Below, in pieces: positions 12,083 to 24,000 of a stretch of DNA of 64,000 nt (position 1 is its first letter; every line of letters begins with the position of its first letter). The stretch is from Felis catus. Taxonomy: Eukaryota. The notes under the pieces are model-generated. The model ran no database searches, had not been told where the DNA came from, and was given only the letters and a program-made list of their open reading frames with translations. Location: contig NC_058382.1 of the NCBI RefSeq assembly GCF_018350175.1, positions 58,282,001 through 58,346,000 of the forward strand. Reading direction: 5' to 3'. The position numbers were made by a program, and so were the translations under genes.

Positions 12083-12089
12083 ATGAAAG
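12083..12089 (+). CDS. GSE1: GSE1 exon 1 coding part (ATG AAA G)
   Basis: ggcATGAAAG|gtgagc donor inside the CpG island; joins exon 2 as G|GC (Gly) to give MKGMSHEP. Confidence 0.85.
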
Positions 12090-15000
12090 GTGAGCGCGCC
12101 GCGCTAGGCGGGGGCGGGCGGTGGGGCGGGGGGGGGGCGGTGGTCTCCGCAACCCCCCTCCCCAGTCCACCGCGTCTGCTCCTCCAAGTTCGCGGGTTCC
12201 GCGGGGTTGGCCGCCAACGGCTCCTGGTCAACTTCCCCCGGAGTGCGAGCGGCGATAAGAGCAGAGCCGAGCGGGTGGGCAGGCGACCAAAGGCCCCCCG
12301 CCCGCACGGGTCGGAACCAGGGCGGCCTGGCCCGGGGCGGGGACACAGGCCGCCGCGGGGCGCGGGGCTCGGTGGCCCCTCCCGGGGAGGGGCGTGTAAG
12401 GGTGCACGCAGCGGGGGAGGGGGACGGGAAGCTAGGGGGCTCTGGGCGAGCTGTCGACGCTCCGGAGCCGGGGCAAAAACTTTGCGGCGGTGGCGGGAGC
12501 GAGGGGGCGGCCGTGCACCCCCACGGCAGGTGCCGGCGGCGGCTGGAAGGGGGGGGCGGAGCTCGCGGACTAGGGACTCACGGTTAGGGTTTTTGTCTTG
12601 CTCCCCTCCCCCTCCCCTTGGTGCGGGGGAGACCGCCGGGAGGGCGGAGCTGCAGGCTCCCGGGTCTCCGACCCCCACACTCTGCTTCCCAAGGGCCCGC
12701 CCCCGGCTCCGCTGCTCCCCCCCCCCCCCCCCCCCCGCGTTGGAGCGGTGCCCCTGCCCCTCCTCCTGCCGAAGATGGCTGCCCCAGCCTCGGAGGTGGG
12801 AGGGTGGTTGCATCCGCCGCCCCCCACTCTCGAGCTGCCCTTTTTCCCTCCCCAGCCCTTCCTGCTTCGCCTGGATGCGCCTCCCCGCCCCCAGCCCTCC
12901 CGGGCCCGCGGCCGCGCTGATGGGCGGCGAGTGGCCCGACCGAGTGGAGCCGATTCAATTATATTGCAGCACCAGAGACACCTCCTCGGCCGCCCGCCCG
13001 CCTCTCCAGCAGGCTAATTAAATTCCCTTCGTGGAGGCGGAGCGGGAGTTGGGCTCGCCCTCCGCGGCGGCTCCGGGTGGGGAACCAGTGGACCACTTGA
13101 GAAGTGTGCAGTGGAGGCTCCCAGCGCAGGTCGTGGGGAGAAGGGGGGTTCTCGGGACTGGGGGGAGAGATGCCTCGGGCACCTCCCCCATGCAGCTCGC
13201 TGGGTCCGGGAGACCCCTTGCGGGAGCGCCGGCTATAAGTTTTGAGGGCTGAGTGCCGGGTGGGGAAGCCGCGCCCCCCCACCCCACCCCACCCCAAGCT
13301 GGCCCCCAGCCGGGTGGTGACTACCAGCCGGGAGTTGAGTCGATTTGGCCGTTGTTTTGTAAACTAGCCTTTGTCAGTGGAGTGCATCTAAAATACATTA
13401 AACCCTTGTTAACCCCTGCGGTGCCTTATCTGGGGCCCACACAGGTCGGGGTTTGGAAACAAAAAGCGAGACCACCAGATGAAAAAAAGGACTCCTTTTG
13501 TGAAGGCCCCGGAACAAAGGCTCAGCTACTCTGGGTGGGAACCTCCCGGCCTAAGCCGATTTCCAGGAGGCGGAGATGGTGGGCCAGAAGGTCCTGGTGG
13601 GGTGCTTGGCCTGGTTGGCCGGCCGGCCCCTCTCCCCGGGGGACTCCGTGCCCTCCCCCCCCCCCCCCCCCCCCGCCGCAGACTGGAAAGCGGAGCGGGG
13701 GTGGGGAACCCCGGGTCAGCAGCCTGTTTATGGGTCTCGGTCAGTGTTACTTAAGCTTGGGGCACGTAAAAGTTGCTCACCCTGTGTTTACAGGCTGTCT
13801 CCACCGGCGGGGACGGCGGAACCTGAGGCACAGGCTGCCGCCTGACTCAGCCGGGCCACGCCACAGGTGAGGGGGCCCAGGGCGCAGGCTCCGACCCGGC
13901 CGGCTGTGTGTCATCCCTGCTGCCTGCTGTGCCGGGAGTCTCCACCCCGCCCAGGTGGACGCGGAAGCGGGCAGGGCTGGCTCTGCAGAAGCCTGCGCCG
14001 ATCTCAGTAGCCTGTGTCCGCATGGTCCTGACCCCTGGGTGAAGTGTTGGGGGGAGGGGGTGCTGATGGCCCGCGCTGGGTCGGCTTTGTCACTTCGTGT
14101 CGAGGCAAGAGTAGGAACACTGGGAGAAAGGCAAGGTGGGGGCAGCTGGAGCAGGCGGGGTTTTGACACCTGGGAGTTGGCTTTCTGTGAACCCTTGGGA
14201 GCCTGAGTCCGGAGCTGGTGAGAGAGCAGCCCCGCCTGCGGAGGAGGGCCGGGGAGAGGGGTTGTGGGGCCTGTCCTCGTTCCAGGCCCCGTCCTCTCTG
14301 CGGGGCCAGACTCCAAACAAGGCAGCAAGGGCTGCCCTCTGGTGCAGGCCCTGACCTGTTGGGGACGGCTTTCAGAATCCTGGCTTGTCTAAGTTGCGAA
14401 GGGTTTATATAGATCCCCAAGCTTGGTTTTCTAAGCTTGCCGAGTGGCCGGGTGTCCCCGAACCCAGCTAGGCCACAGCCTCTGGGTTCCTGCCCTAGGC
14501 TAAAGAATGCTCGGAGTTCCCCAGGTGATTCTGCTGTGCAGACTGGGGCGTAGAACCGGTCCCCTGAGGGGTGAGCAAGCAGAGGGGCTTGGAGGCCAGC
14601 ACCAGAGCTCACAGCTAGAAGAGGACCCCTCTGGACCCTCCGGTGGCCTGCACAAAAGTGTCGCCTCGGGCAGCCCTCTGGCCGCCAATGACTTCCCTGT
14701 CTTTGGGGAAGTTCAGGGGCTTCAGGTCCGATAGAGCCTTGTGGTTTCAAAGCAGAAGGCGCCTGCCCCTGGGCTCTGTCCGCATCTCCCACCGGAGGCA
14801 CCAGAGCAAAGTCTACGCAGCGCCACTCGGTGGCAGACCTGAGTCCTGCACCTCCAAACTTGAGCCCTCCCCAGCTCCCGGGAGTTCCTAAGTGCCCTTG
14901 ACCCTTGGGCAGGTGCTGTTCTCCTTTCCTCCTCTGGAGAAGGAGGGGCCTCTGGGCTCTGCGTCCCTACCTGAGGGGTGGGTGCTGGTGGCTCCTACTT

Positions 15001-16479
15001 TTCCAGAAGAATGCAGGCAAGACCTGCCTGCTACCTCTCTTCTTGCCCCAGGGACTCGCAGGGGCTTGCGGAGTCAGCCAGCAAGGCCGGTTTTTCCTGG
15101 CCCCGTCTGAAGGCTTGGAATTCCCAGCTTGGGTTACTCGACGTCCACACCGGGCTGGGAGCACGTTAATTATCTTTGTTATGGCAACACAAGCTGGCTG
15201 CCTGTCCCCCGCCCCCCCCTCCGGTGTGCCGGGAGAGCTGTTTTTTAACCTGCAGGGATCCGTGTTTCAGGTGACATTTCAGCTTGGCCGCTGCGCGTTC
15301 ATTCCCCGCCTCTCTCGGAGCGCAGCGTGGCCCCCCCTCCCCCCAGCTGCCAGCTTCACTTCCCCACACTGGCCCTTCTCCCGGCCGAGGCCACAGGCGG
15401 CGGGAGGTGACGTTTCAGAGTGTCCCTGTCAATGAGAATTTATTGAGCGCCTCCTATGAACCCAGCCGGCGCTCGCCGCTGGGAGGTGTAGGGACAGATA
15501 ACAGGGGAGCGGCCCTTTGCACACCTGCCAAAACTCAAGCCAGGGGCCTTTTAATCTCCCCTTTGCAGCTTCTCCCCACCACCAGGCACTCGTCCCCGCC
15601 CCCTTCAGGACGGAACCACGCAGCCCTCCCCCTCCCCCCACTGAGTTTGTACAGGCTGGCCCCGTCCCTGGCATTCTCCAGGCGGCTCCAAATCTCCGGG
15701 GGGCCCCGACACCAGCCCCCCTGCCTGCCCTTCTGGAGGCCTTGAGCATAGCATGTTCCCAAGTTCAGAGGGGAAGCGACTGTGGGGCCAGGGGAAGTGA
15801 AAGCAGCCTCTGGGGAGCATGGGATGGGGGGGCAGGAAGTGGGGGTAAGGAATTTCCCCCCCTTGGGGAAGGTGATCTGGGGTCCTCCCCCGGAAGCCTT
15901 TTTGCCCCCCAATCGGATGGGGCAACCCCGTGAACCCCAACAAACATCCCCTGGGGACTGGTACCACCTCGCCTGACCGGGGCAGGTGGTGGGGAATGAC
16001 CGTGGGCGCGGAGGTCTCTGGCCACCCCTGAGACCCCATCCCCAGGTCGCTGGAGGGCTCTCGTGTGTGCCTGGGGTGGGATCCCGAAGGCGGTTCTCCC
16101 CCGGCCTGGGTGCGCCGCACGCGGTTCCCCTAAGGGGGCCTGCGGAGTTGTATTTGGATGGATGGCTTCCGTGCCTGTCTGGAGCTCTGGCCAAGCCTGC
16201 CGTTTCTGGAACTGGTTCCTCCGGCTTGAGAACTTGACATATGTGTGGAATTGCACGTTGCAGCGTCTCTGGGGCTGCCAGACCTGGGCACGGGGCATCC
16301 CTCCAGCTGTCTCCCGTCTGTACCTTGGGGGTGCGGACACCTTCCCCGGCTTGAGGATTCAGGTGACAGGTGTGCCACGCACCTGTGAAAGGGCACCGCA
16401 GGGAGAAGCTGTAAACCTCGTAGGCGTGGGGCAAGCCCCCAGCGAGCCTGGAGGGGGCGCCTGGGTGGCAGCGTCCCCC

Positions 16480-16640
16480 TCTGTGTGTGATCTCGTGCAC
16501 GGCACTTCTCTGGGCCTCGGTTTTCTCATCTGTAAAATCGGGTGGCAACCGAGGACACCTGTGTCCTCAGGCTCTTGGAGGTTAGGTGCTCTCTTAGAAA
16601 AGCTCGGGACAGCGCCTGGCACAGAGGCTCCTGTATGAGG
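16480..16640 (+). mobile_element. MIR fragment
   Basis: ctctgggcctcggttttctcatctgtaaaatcggg...agcgcctggcacagag. Confidence 0.7.
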
Positions 16641-17581
16641 GTTTGCCGGAGAAAGCACCCCACGTCCTCTCCTTTTCGGTGACCCCAGGTCTTAAATTAT
16701 AAAAGCTGGAAGGCCCCGTTCTCCCCGCCCCGCATCTTGCAGTCGCTTGGTGTAGGGACGGGCTGCAGCCACTTTTCCGACCAACACAAAGGCTCGAGAT
16801 GTCAGATCAGCCCCTGCTGACCCTGCGGTGCCCGGGCCGCACCTGCCCCCACGGACTCCAGCCACCCTGCACGTGCGCACCTCCCTTTTCCAGCCGACTT
16901 GTCTCCCCCCCCCCCCCCCGGCGCTGCCCTTCTTGTGCTCAGATGGCGGGTGTGTGGCCTCAGGCAGCAATAAAAGGAATCGATTGGTAAGCTTTTGGTC
17001 AGGGCGGTATCGACGCCGGGCAGGTTAAGCCGTCCCGAAGGAAAATCTCTGTGTCAAACTGAGGAGGACCAGGCCTTCGCGCGGGGTGGGCAGGGGCCTC
17101 CTTTGTGCTGACCCCCGAGGTGATCCAGGGCCCCCGTCTAGTGCGCCACCCAGCCCCTGCGGGGGGTCGGGCAGAGGCCTTCGTGTGACGCGGGGCGCGG
17201 ACTGGTGTTGGCGCTGTGTGTTCCCTTGAGGGCCTGTGAGGTTGGGGGTCAACCCCATCTGGCCATTAGTCTGGAGAAATGGGGGCCCCAGGGGGGCTCA
17301 GGCCCGCCGACCTGTCGCTGGTAATTGGCAGAGAAGGAAGAGGCAGCTGAGCGATGGGAGCTGGGAGCGGCTTCATCCCGCTGAGTTCCTCCGGTGCGTT
17401 TATCTTTGCGTTTTGGTTACTGTTGTGTGTGTGACGCGGGTGTTACGTGGGGTACATGCGGTACAGGTGACCTGGGGGCTTTCTCTGTTCATTGACTGGA
17501 CCAGGCAGCCCTCAGGGAAGATACAAAGTTGGATACAAAGCCAAAGTTCTTAGCCGCCTGCCTGGGAACATTGGAGGGACC

Positions 17582-17817
17582 TTTTTTTTTTTTTTTCTAT
17601 TTTTTTTTTTTTTTTAACGTTTATTTAGTTTTGAGAGCAAGACCTAGTGTGAGCAGCGGAGGGGCAGAGAGAGAGAGGGAGACACAGAATCCCAAGCAGG
17701 CTCCAGGCTCTGAGCTGTCAGCACCGACCCGGATGCGGGGCTCAAACCCGTGAACGGTGAGATCGTGACCCGAGCTGAACTTGGATGCTAAACTGACTGA
17801 GCCACCCAGGTGTCCCC
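17582..17817 (-). mobile_element. Can-SINE (first of a tandem pair)
   Basis: Poly-T tail, gagacacagaatcccaagcaggctccaggctctgagctgtcagc, gagccacccaggtgtcccc. Confidence 0.93.
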
Positions 17818-17818
17818 C

Positions 17819-18018
17819 TTTTTTTTTTTAAGTTTATTCTGCGACAGAGCGAGAGGGTGCGCAAGTAGGGGAGGGGCAGAGAGGGAGAATCCCAAGCAGG
17901 TTCCGCACTGTCAGTGCAGAGCCCTACGTGGGGCTCGAACTCCCGAACCAGGAGATCACGACCTGAGCTGAAGTCAGACACTTAATCACTTAATCGACTG
18001 AGCCACCCAGGCCACCCC
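17819..18018 (-). mobile_element. Can-SINE (second of a tandem pair)
   Basis: Poly-T tail, ggggctcgaactc B box, gagccacccaggccacccc; the pair is flanked by GGAGGGAC at 17573-17580 and 18022-18029. Confidence 0.92.
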
Positions 18019-21000
18019 ACGGGAGGGACTTCTGTGTCCCTGAAGCTGCAGGGCTGTCTGCTTGCCCCCTGCCGTCTGGAGTGGGGGATTCACAGCTCAG
18101 AAAGCTAAAGCATAGATAGCATCTGCCCCCCGCACCCCCCGCGGGATGCCTGCAGCCTTTCACGAAGGGTTTCCAGTGAGCTCTGCTTAAGCTCCCAAAG
18201 GGGGCAGGAGGAGCGGCCTGGGATTCTATGTCCAGGCCTTGCCTTTCTGAGCACGTGTAGACTCTTAGCATCTTGCACTTTCTGCCTAAATATGTCCTAT
18301 AACATTTTATAAGACCGGAGGGCCTCTTTAATAGGATCGCCAGACCCTGCAGCCTGTCACTCGGGCACAGGCCGTGCGTTTTACCCCGATAGCTGGTTTC
18401 CGAGTTGAAACCGATAGGCCAGCGTCGAGTTCCTCCTCCTGCTGTGCTGTGCCTGGCGGGGGGCCCACACCAGCGCGTCTGCAGCCGGGGTCCGCTGCAC
18501 ATGTCGGGGTTTCCTGCTGCCACCAACAGCTGCCCCCGCACCGCACGCCGGGAGCCTCCCCCCCCCCAAAAGGTGTGTTCACACCACGGGGGGAAAAGGC
18601 CGAGGTGTGAAGGTTTGACATCCTCGACGATGTTGCCAGATTGCTCCAGGAGCGGTTGTGGGGATGGTGTTGCTGCCCACCCGCAGCAGCCCAGACCGTT
18701 CTCGGCCCGGTTCTGGCTCATTGGGCTTCTCTCTGCACACCTCCCCAAGGGGCCTTGGCCCCCAAGGGCGTTTGCTGACCCCATGAGCAGAAGAAAACAC
18801 TTCGTTTGGCAAGTACCTGTTCCTCGGGCTTCTGTGGCACCCACGGTGGGTCCTCGGGGTAGACCGGGCTGCTGCTTGCTGTGTGACCCCGGGGAGCGGG
18901 GTTCGAGGTTCCAGAGGGTGAAGATTGGCACCCATAAGGTTCAGTTCTGGGCCCCAGCATCCTGCTGGGGTTCCAGGAACCTTACAGGTTCCCATTTGGA
19001 GCCGTAGAGGGATTTGTGTTTGTTTTCAGAAGTAAAGGATTATTTAGGCCCGGGCAGTCAGCTCCTGGGCAGTTGACGGAGGACATTTGGGGACAGAAGG
19101 ACGTGCCTGGCCTGGCCTGTGGCAGGGTTAGGACTGGGAGCTCATGGTAACTGTTGGTAAGTGACGGCCCTGTTACTGGGTCCATTTTGGCCGCAGGATG
19201 GTGGTTTTCTCGGGGGTGGGGGGGCATTTAGTCCCCTCTGGGCATAGTACACAGGGCTTTGAGGTTGGTAGATGAGCCCAGGAGGAAGTACCGTCAGAAC
19301 TTGGAGGTTTCTGGATCTTTTTCTTGATATTCTGGGGGTTTTTTTGGTTTCTTTTTGCCTGGGTGTGTAACATTGGGGAAAGGGTGTTAATACGGTCTGA
19401 TACATAAGGGGATCTATGCTGTCGGAGCCTATAACCTGTGTTCACGGACGCCACTCATACGGGTGGGCCTGGCCTGTGTGGATTTGGTAAATCTGTATGC
19501 AGAATTCAGTAGGTACATTTTCAGCGGGAGAGGCTATACAGTCTGCCACTTTGACCATCACGATAACGGACCTTTTTTACAAAAGCAAAACTCTGTTGGC
19601 CTGAGCGTGCTGGCTTTGAGCCAGGCAAGGCCCCCCCCTGCAGCTGACACACGTCAGGATCACGGCCTCCTTCCTGGCGGGCCCTCGCCCCCAAGTCTGA
19701 GTGTGGAGGGGTTGGTGACCTCTTCCTGCTGAGTCCGGACGGAGTCAGGGTGTCGGTGACATCTGGGCGGAGGGTCCCGGCCGCACACGTTTGTCAGTAA
19801 GCCCCTGTGGATACTGTTCGTTGCCTGAGCACACGTCTTTCCAGAGCTGGGGAGACCCACGCTCCGTACTGAGCACGCAGACCGGCCTGAGACCATAGGG
19901 AGCAGTGGGGACCCGGGACAGGTGCCCCTCTCAGGATGATGGGCTGGTGGCTTCCAATTTTGTAAGAGAAACCGGCATCTTCGTTTTTTAACTTGAAACC
20001 TTCCATTTCTAAATGTCCATTGATTCCCCTTTAAGCAACATGACGTCAGGCCGAATAAAACCAGGTTAATGGGTGAAAGGAGGCCTGCTTAGCCTCTGCC
20101 CCACTGCCTCTAGTCCCCCGCCCCCCCACCCCCACCCAGTCCCATTACCGATAGGGAAACTGAGGTTCGGACCACCTCGCAGCGCCCCGCTGAGAAGTGG
20201 TGTTGGGAGCCAGACTGGGAACTGGTCTTCTGGGTGGTTTTTCAACCCGCAGTTCAGTCCCCTGCCTCAGCCCCCGGGTGGTCCTGCAACATGAGCCCCC
20301 AGAGCCGGCCCTTCCCCCCTTCCCTCCCCCCCCCCCCCCCCCCCCCCCGCCGCTGGTCTGAGGACCTGCCAAGATGTGCCCATGGCCCGGCGTACCTGTA
20401 TCTCTGTTCTCTTGCCCCTGGGGGCTGGGGCTGCAGGTGCAGACAGCTTTTGTCAACACCTACTCTGTGCTGAAGCAACCGTGCTCTCTGCGCCTCCCTC
20501 ACCGGAAGCAGGCGTCAGGCAGGAGCTGTTCCAACAGGGACCCCTGGCGCCCACACCCACTTCAGTGAGGGGGCAGGAGGCAGGGCCCAGGCTCTGCTTC
20601 TCAAAGTCTGGACTCCCTCACCCCCCCCCCCCCCTGCCCCATCAGGTTTTGTCCATTTAGAAGAAAGACCTGGCCTTGACCCCTGCCCTCCTGGCCTCTT
20701 CCCCACCTGCTGCCCCGTGGAAAGTTGGAGGCTTTCAGTGGCCGCCTCCTGGCTGGGTTGGGTTTCTCTCCTTCGGGACCTCTCCTCTGCTTCGGACACC
20801 TTTGACCCCCACCGGCTTCCTGCACCCCGTGCCTCTGGAGTGCACTGAAAGGGCTCCTTTGTGGGCAAGACTCAGCTCGGAGGTGGCCTGGTTAGCTCAG
20901 ATGCCAACGGGCACATAAAAGGGTCCCAGTCCGGGGTTGTCACCTGGGCCTCAGGTGGCTGCAGGGTGGATACCCTCCAGCCAGGAGCTGTGGGGACCTG

Positions 21001-24000
21001 CGGGGGGGGGGGGTCCCCAAATCAGATCCTCGTCCTCGCTCTCGGGCCGTATGCCGACCGTAAAATGGTATGGCACAGAGGCGGGTGCCCTCCAAGGAAC
21101 CGGCCGTCACAGGACTGGGGTCTGCAAAATGGGAGGTGACCCCGGTGACTGACCCTCCCCCATGTCTTCTCATATTTACAGAGAGGCTGCCAGTACAGCA
21201 GCAAGGAAAAACCGGGTTCAGGTCCCGGCCTCTTGACATGCAAGCCTAGACGAGGGCGCAACTGTCCCCGCCTCTGCTTACCCACCTGTAGAGTGGGAGT
21301 AAGGGGCAGGCCCCTCGGGATGATTTGTGGTGGGGGGCTCCTTGGCCCTGGGACCCCCGGTGGCCGCCCGCCTCCAGGAGGTGTGGGGAAGGCACAGGCA
21401 TGGGGTGGGAGGGATCTCCCTCTCCTGCCGTGGGACTCCGGGTGGCCTCTCTGACCTCGCTGCTGCCTGCTGGGTCTGTTCAGGAGTTACTGCGTGATGT
21501 GAAGCTCGGGGCACAGCAGTCCCTGCGATTACGGCTGCTGTTCGTGTCCGGTGTTCGGGAACGACTCCTGGGGTCCCGGCTGCTGGGCTGCAGCCTTGAC
21601 CCTGTCTCTTGGCCTTCTCTTGCTTTATTAATCGTATGCCTCCCCTTGGCTGTGGTTCCTGCCTCTGCCGCCCCCTCGGGATGGCTGGCCGCCCCCTGCC
21701 GCTCCAAGCCGATCATCTGTCCAGGCTCCTGCAGACGCCGCAGCCGCTTAGAGTAATCGCTGTCAAATGTCGCTGCCATCTGTTGCCTGACTTCTGTCCG
21801 TCGCTTCCCCCCCGCCCCCCCCCCCCCCCGGGCCTCTGGCTCTCCTGGTCTTTTGCAGCCTTGAACCTCCACCCCTAGACTGTCCTTGGCCATCTCTGTG
21901 GCCACCTGGTTTGTGCCTCCCACTGGGAGGGGGCACCCCTCCCAGGAATCTCCGCCTCACCCTGCTGGGTTTGCCCCTTGGCCCAACCCGCTCAGCTGTT
22001 ACCTGGTACACAGGCACCAAGTGACAAGTATGTGTGTGTCGGGGGGGGGGGGGGGGGTCCTGTCCTGAATGCTCCTGTCTCCTGTTTTCCCTAGAATCTG
22101 GATTCCACTTCCCTTTTGCACCCCTTCCCCCCCCACATTACTAACATGGCAGTGGGGGGAGGGTTGAGGCTGGGGAGAACCCTAAGCGCCCCCCACCCCA
22201 CCCCGTTGTGCACCATTCACGGCTGCTGCGTGGGCATTCTGTGCCCTGGGCTGAACCCCACTCAGGGTTTACGGTGGCTGTCAGGTGACCCCGGAAATTT
22301 GCCGTGGAAACAATCCCCCTGTGGTGCCGGCTCTGTGGGGATGAGCTCCCGTTCTCACTGATCGGGGTTCTGGAGGAGCTCATAAGCTCCTGCCTTTGGC
22401 ATTCTGTAGTGACCTCACACTGCTGAGTGACAGGTCTGCGGGGAGGTGGGGGCGGGGGGGTGGCGGCCGTGTGGGAAAGCCAGCCGCCTTGTTACTTGTT
22501 TCGTTCCGGACCAGGGTCTCCCGTGGGTGCACAGGCTGGCCTCCCCCCGCCCCTGCTCCTTGCTCTGTCTGCTGTCCTCTCTGGTTCCGGGTCAGGATCC
22601 CTGCCATCTGCTGGGGCCTTAGCCTTGGGGAGTTAGTCCGCTTCTGGGACTTGGCACCAGAAGGAGGCCCCAGTCCCCTTAGGAACCTGCAGCCGGAGGG
22701 GGGCTGCCCTGAGCTGGAAAAGGACATCGGGCCTAAGCAGGCCGTCCTGTGCATCCAGACAGGAAAACCTTCCGGACTCCCCCACCCCCACCCCCAAGAA
22801 AAATTGCTTCGTGCGAGTGAGCTCAGAACACGCCGAAGGCAAATAAAATAATGAATTTATTATGAAGCCGCACAGGCTCCCAGGATCACGTGGCAGCCCA
22901 CACCGCAGCCGCCCACCGGTCCCGGTCTCCGTCTCCAGGGCAGGGTGACCCTGGCCTCGTTAGGGCTGCGGGAGCCTCACCCCTTTGGGGTTGTGGGGAT
23001 CACCAAGCACGTGGCTCGCCCCCCCCCCCCCTCACTGAGCCCTGGACGCTCTGTATTTGTTCACAAACATTTCTTCCGGTGGTAATGAAAAATTACCAGG
23101 AGGGGCGATTAGAGGATCCAAGTCCAGATTGGGCGCGAGGGGCAGGAGAGCCAGGGCCCCGCTGGGCCCGGCCCCGCGGGGTGTAATTACCCCAGGGGGG
23201 GCCATCAGGGGGAAGGGGCGGACTGGTGCTTGAACCCGGAGCCACCAGAAAATTCATCTCAGCTATTAGCTTGTAATTACAGAGCAGGGAGGGAGCGGGC
23301 CGAGGTCTGGTGCCGCGGATGAGCCAATGAAAGGAAGCAGTAATTACGGGGTCTGCGGGAGGCCGTTGTGCTGATTAATACGCCCTCCACCGTCGCGCAG
23401 AGGAGGGGGCTGGGCGGGGGCCGTATGTAATGGAGTGTCGGGGGCCCTCCCCCCATTGAAGTCCTGCCCCTGGGAGCTCTGGGTCCATTTCTGGAGAACA
23501 GAGACCGTCAGCCGCACTGCACTTGGATTTTCTTTCCTTGCCTTTTTTTTTTTTTTTTTTAAGCTTTGTGCTGCTTCTGGCCCTATTAGAAACGTAGGCA
23601 GAAGAGGAAAAGTATTGATCAAAGATACCACGTTGGGGAGGAGCGGGAACCGAGAGGGCCTCGCCTGCCCCATGGCAGCTCTGAGACGGGGCGTCCTTTG
23701 CCTCCGCAGACCGGCCCTGTCTGGAGTGGGGGCCGGGCACTTTGTGGGTGCAGACAGCCCGGTGGGGTTTGCTCCCTTCCTGCCCTCGACCTCCGGCATC
23801 GCGGTGGGCTCTCGGCTGTGCTGGGACCCGGGGGGCAGAAAGCTGAGGCTCGGGGGGGGGGGGGGGGGTGTCCTGGCCCCTCAGTGCGAAGGGTCCCGGG
23901 AGCGGTCACATCTCACCTCTGGTGGGATCTCTTCTCCTGGGGGCTGGAGCCCTGTCCAGAGGAGGGCAGGAGGGGGGCCGCATGACCCAGTCGCTCGTGA

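Larger units (their letters stand above)
9800..13300. promoter_or_regulatory. CpG-island promoter region of GSE1 (two CpG-dense lobes, ~9800-10950 and ~11700-13300)
   Basis: Very dense CpG and GC boxes around exon 1 and a candidate upstream first exon; boundaries judged by eye. Confidence 0.8.

Noticed and set aside
12050..13021. 323-aa ORF in frame with the GSE1 ATG, extending into intron 1
   Set aside because: Stop-poor CpG-island sequence past a good donor at 12089/12090; no coding signature
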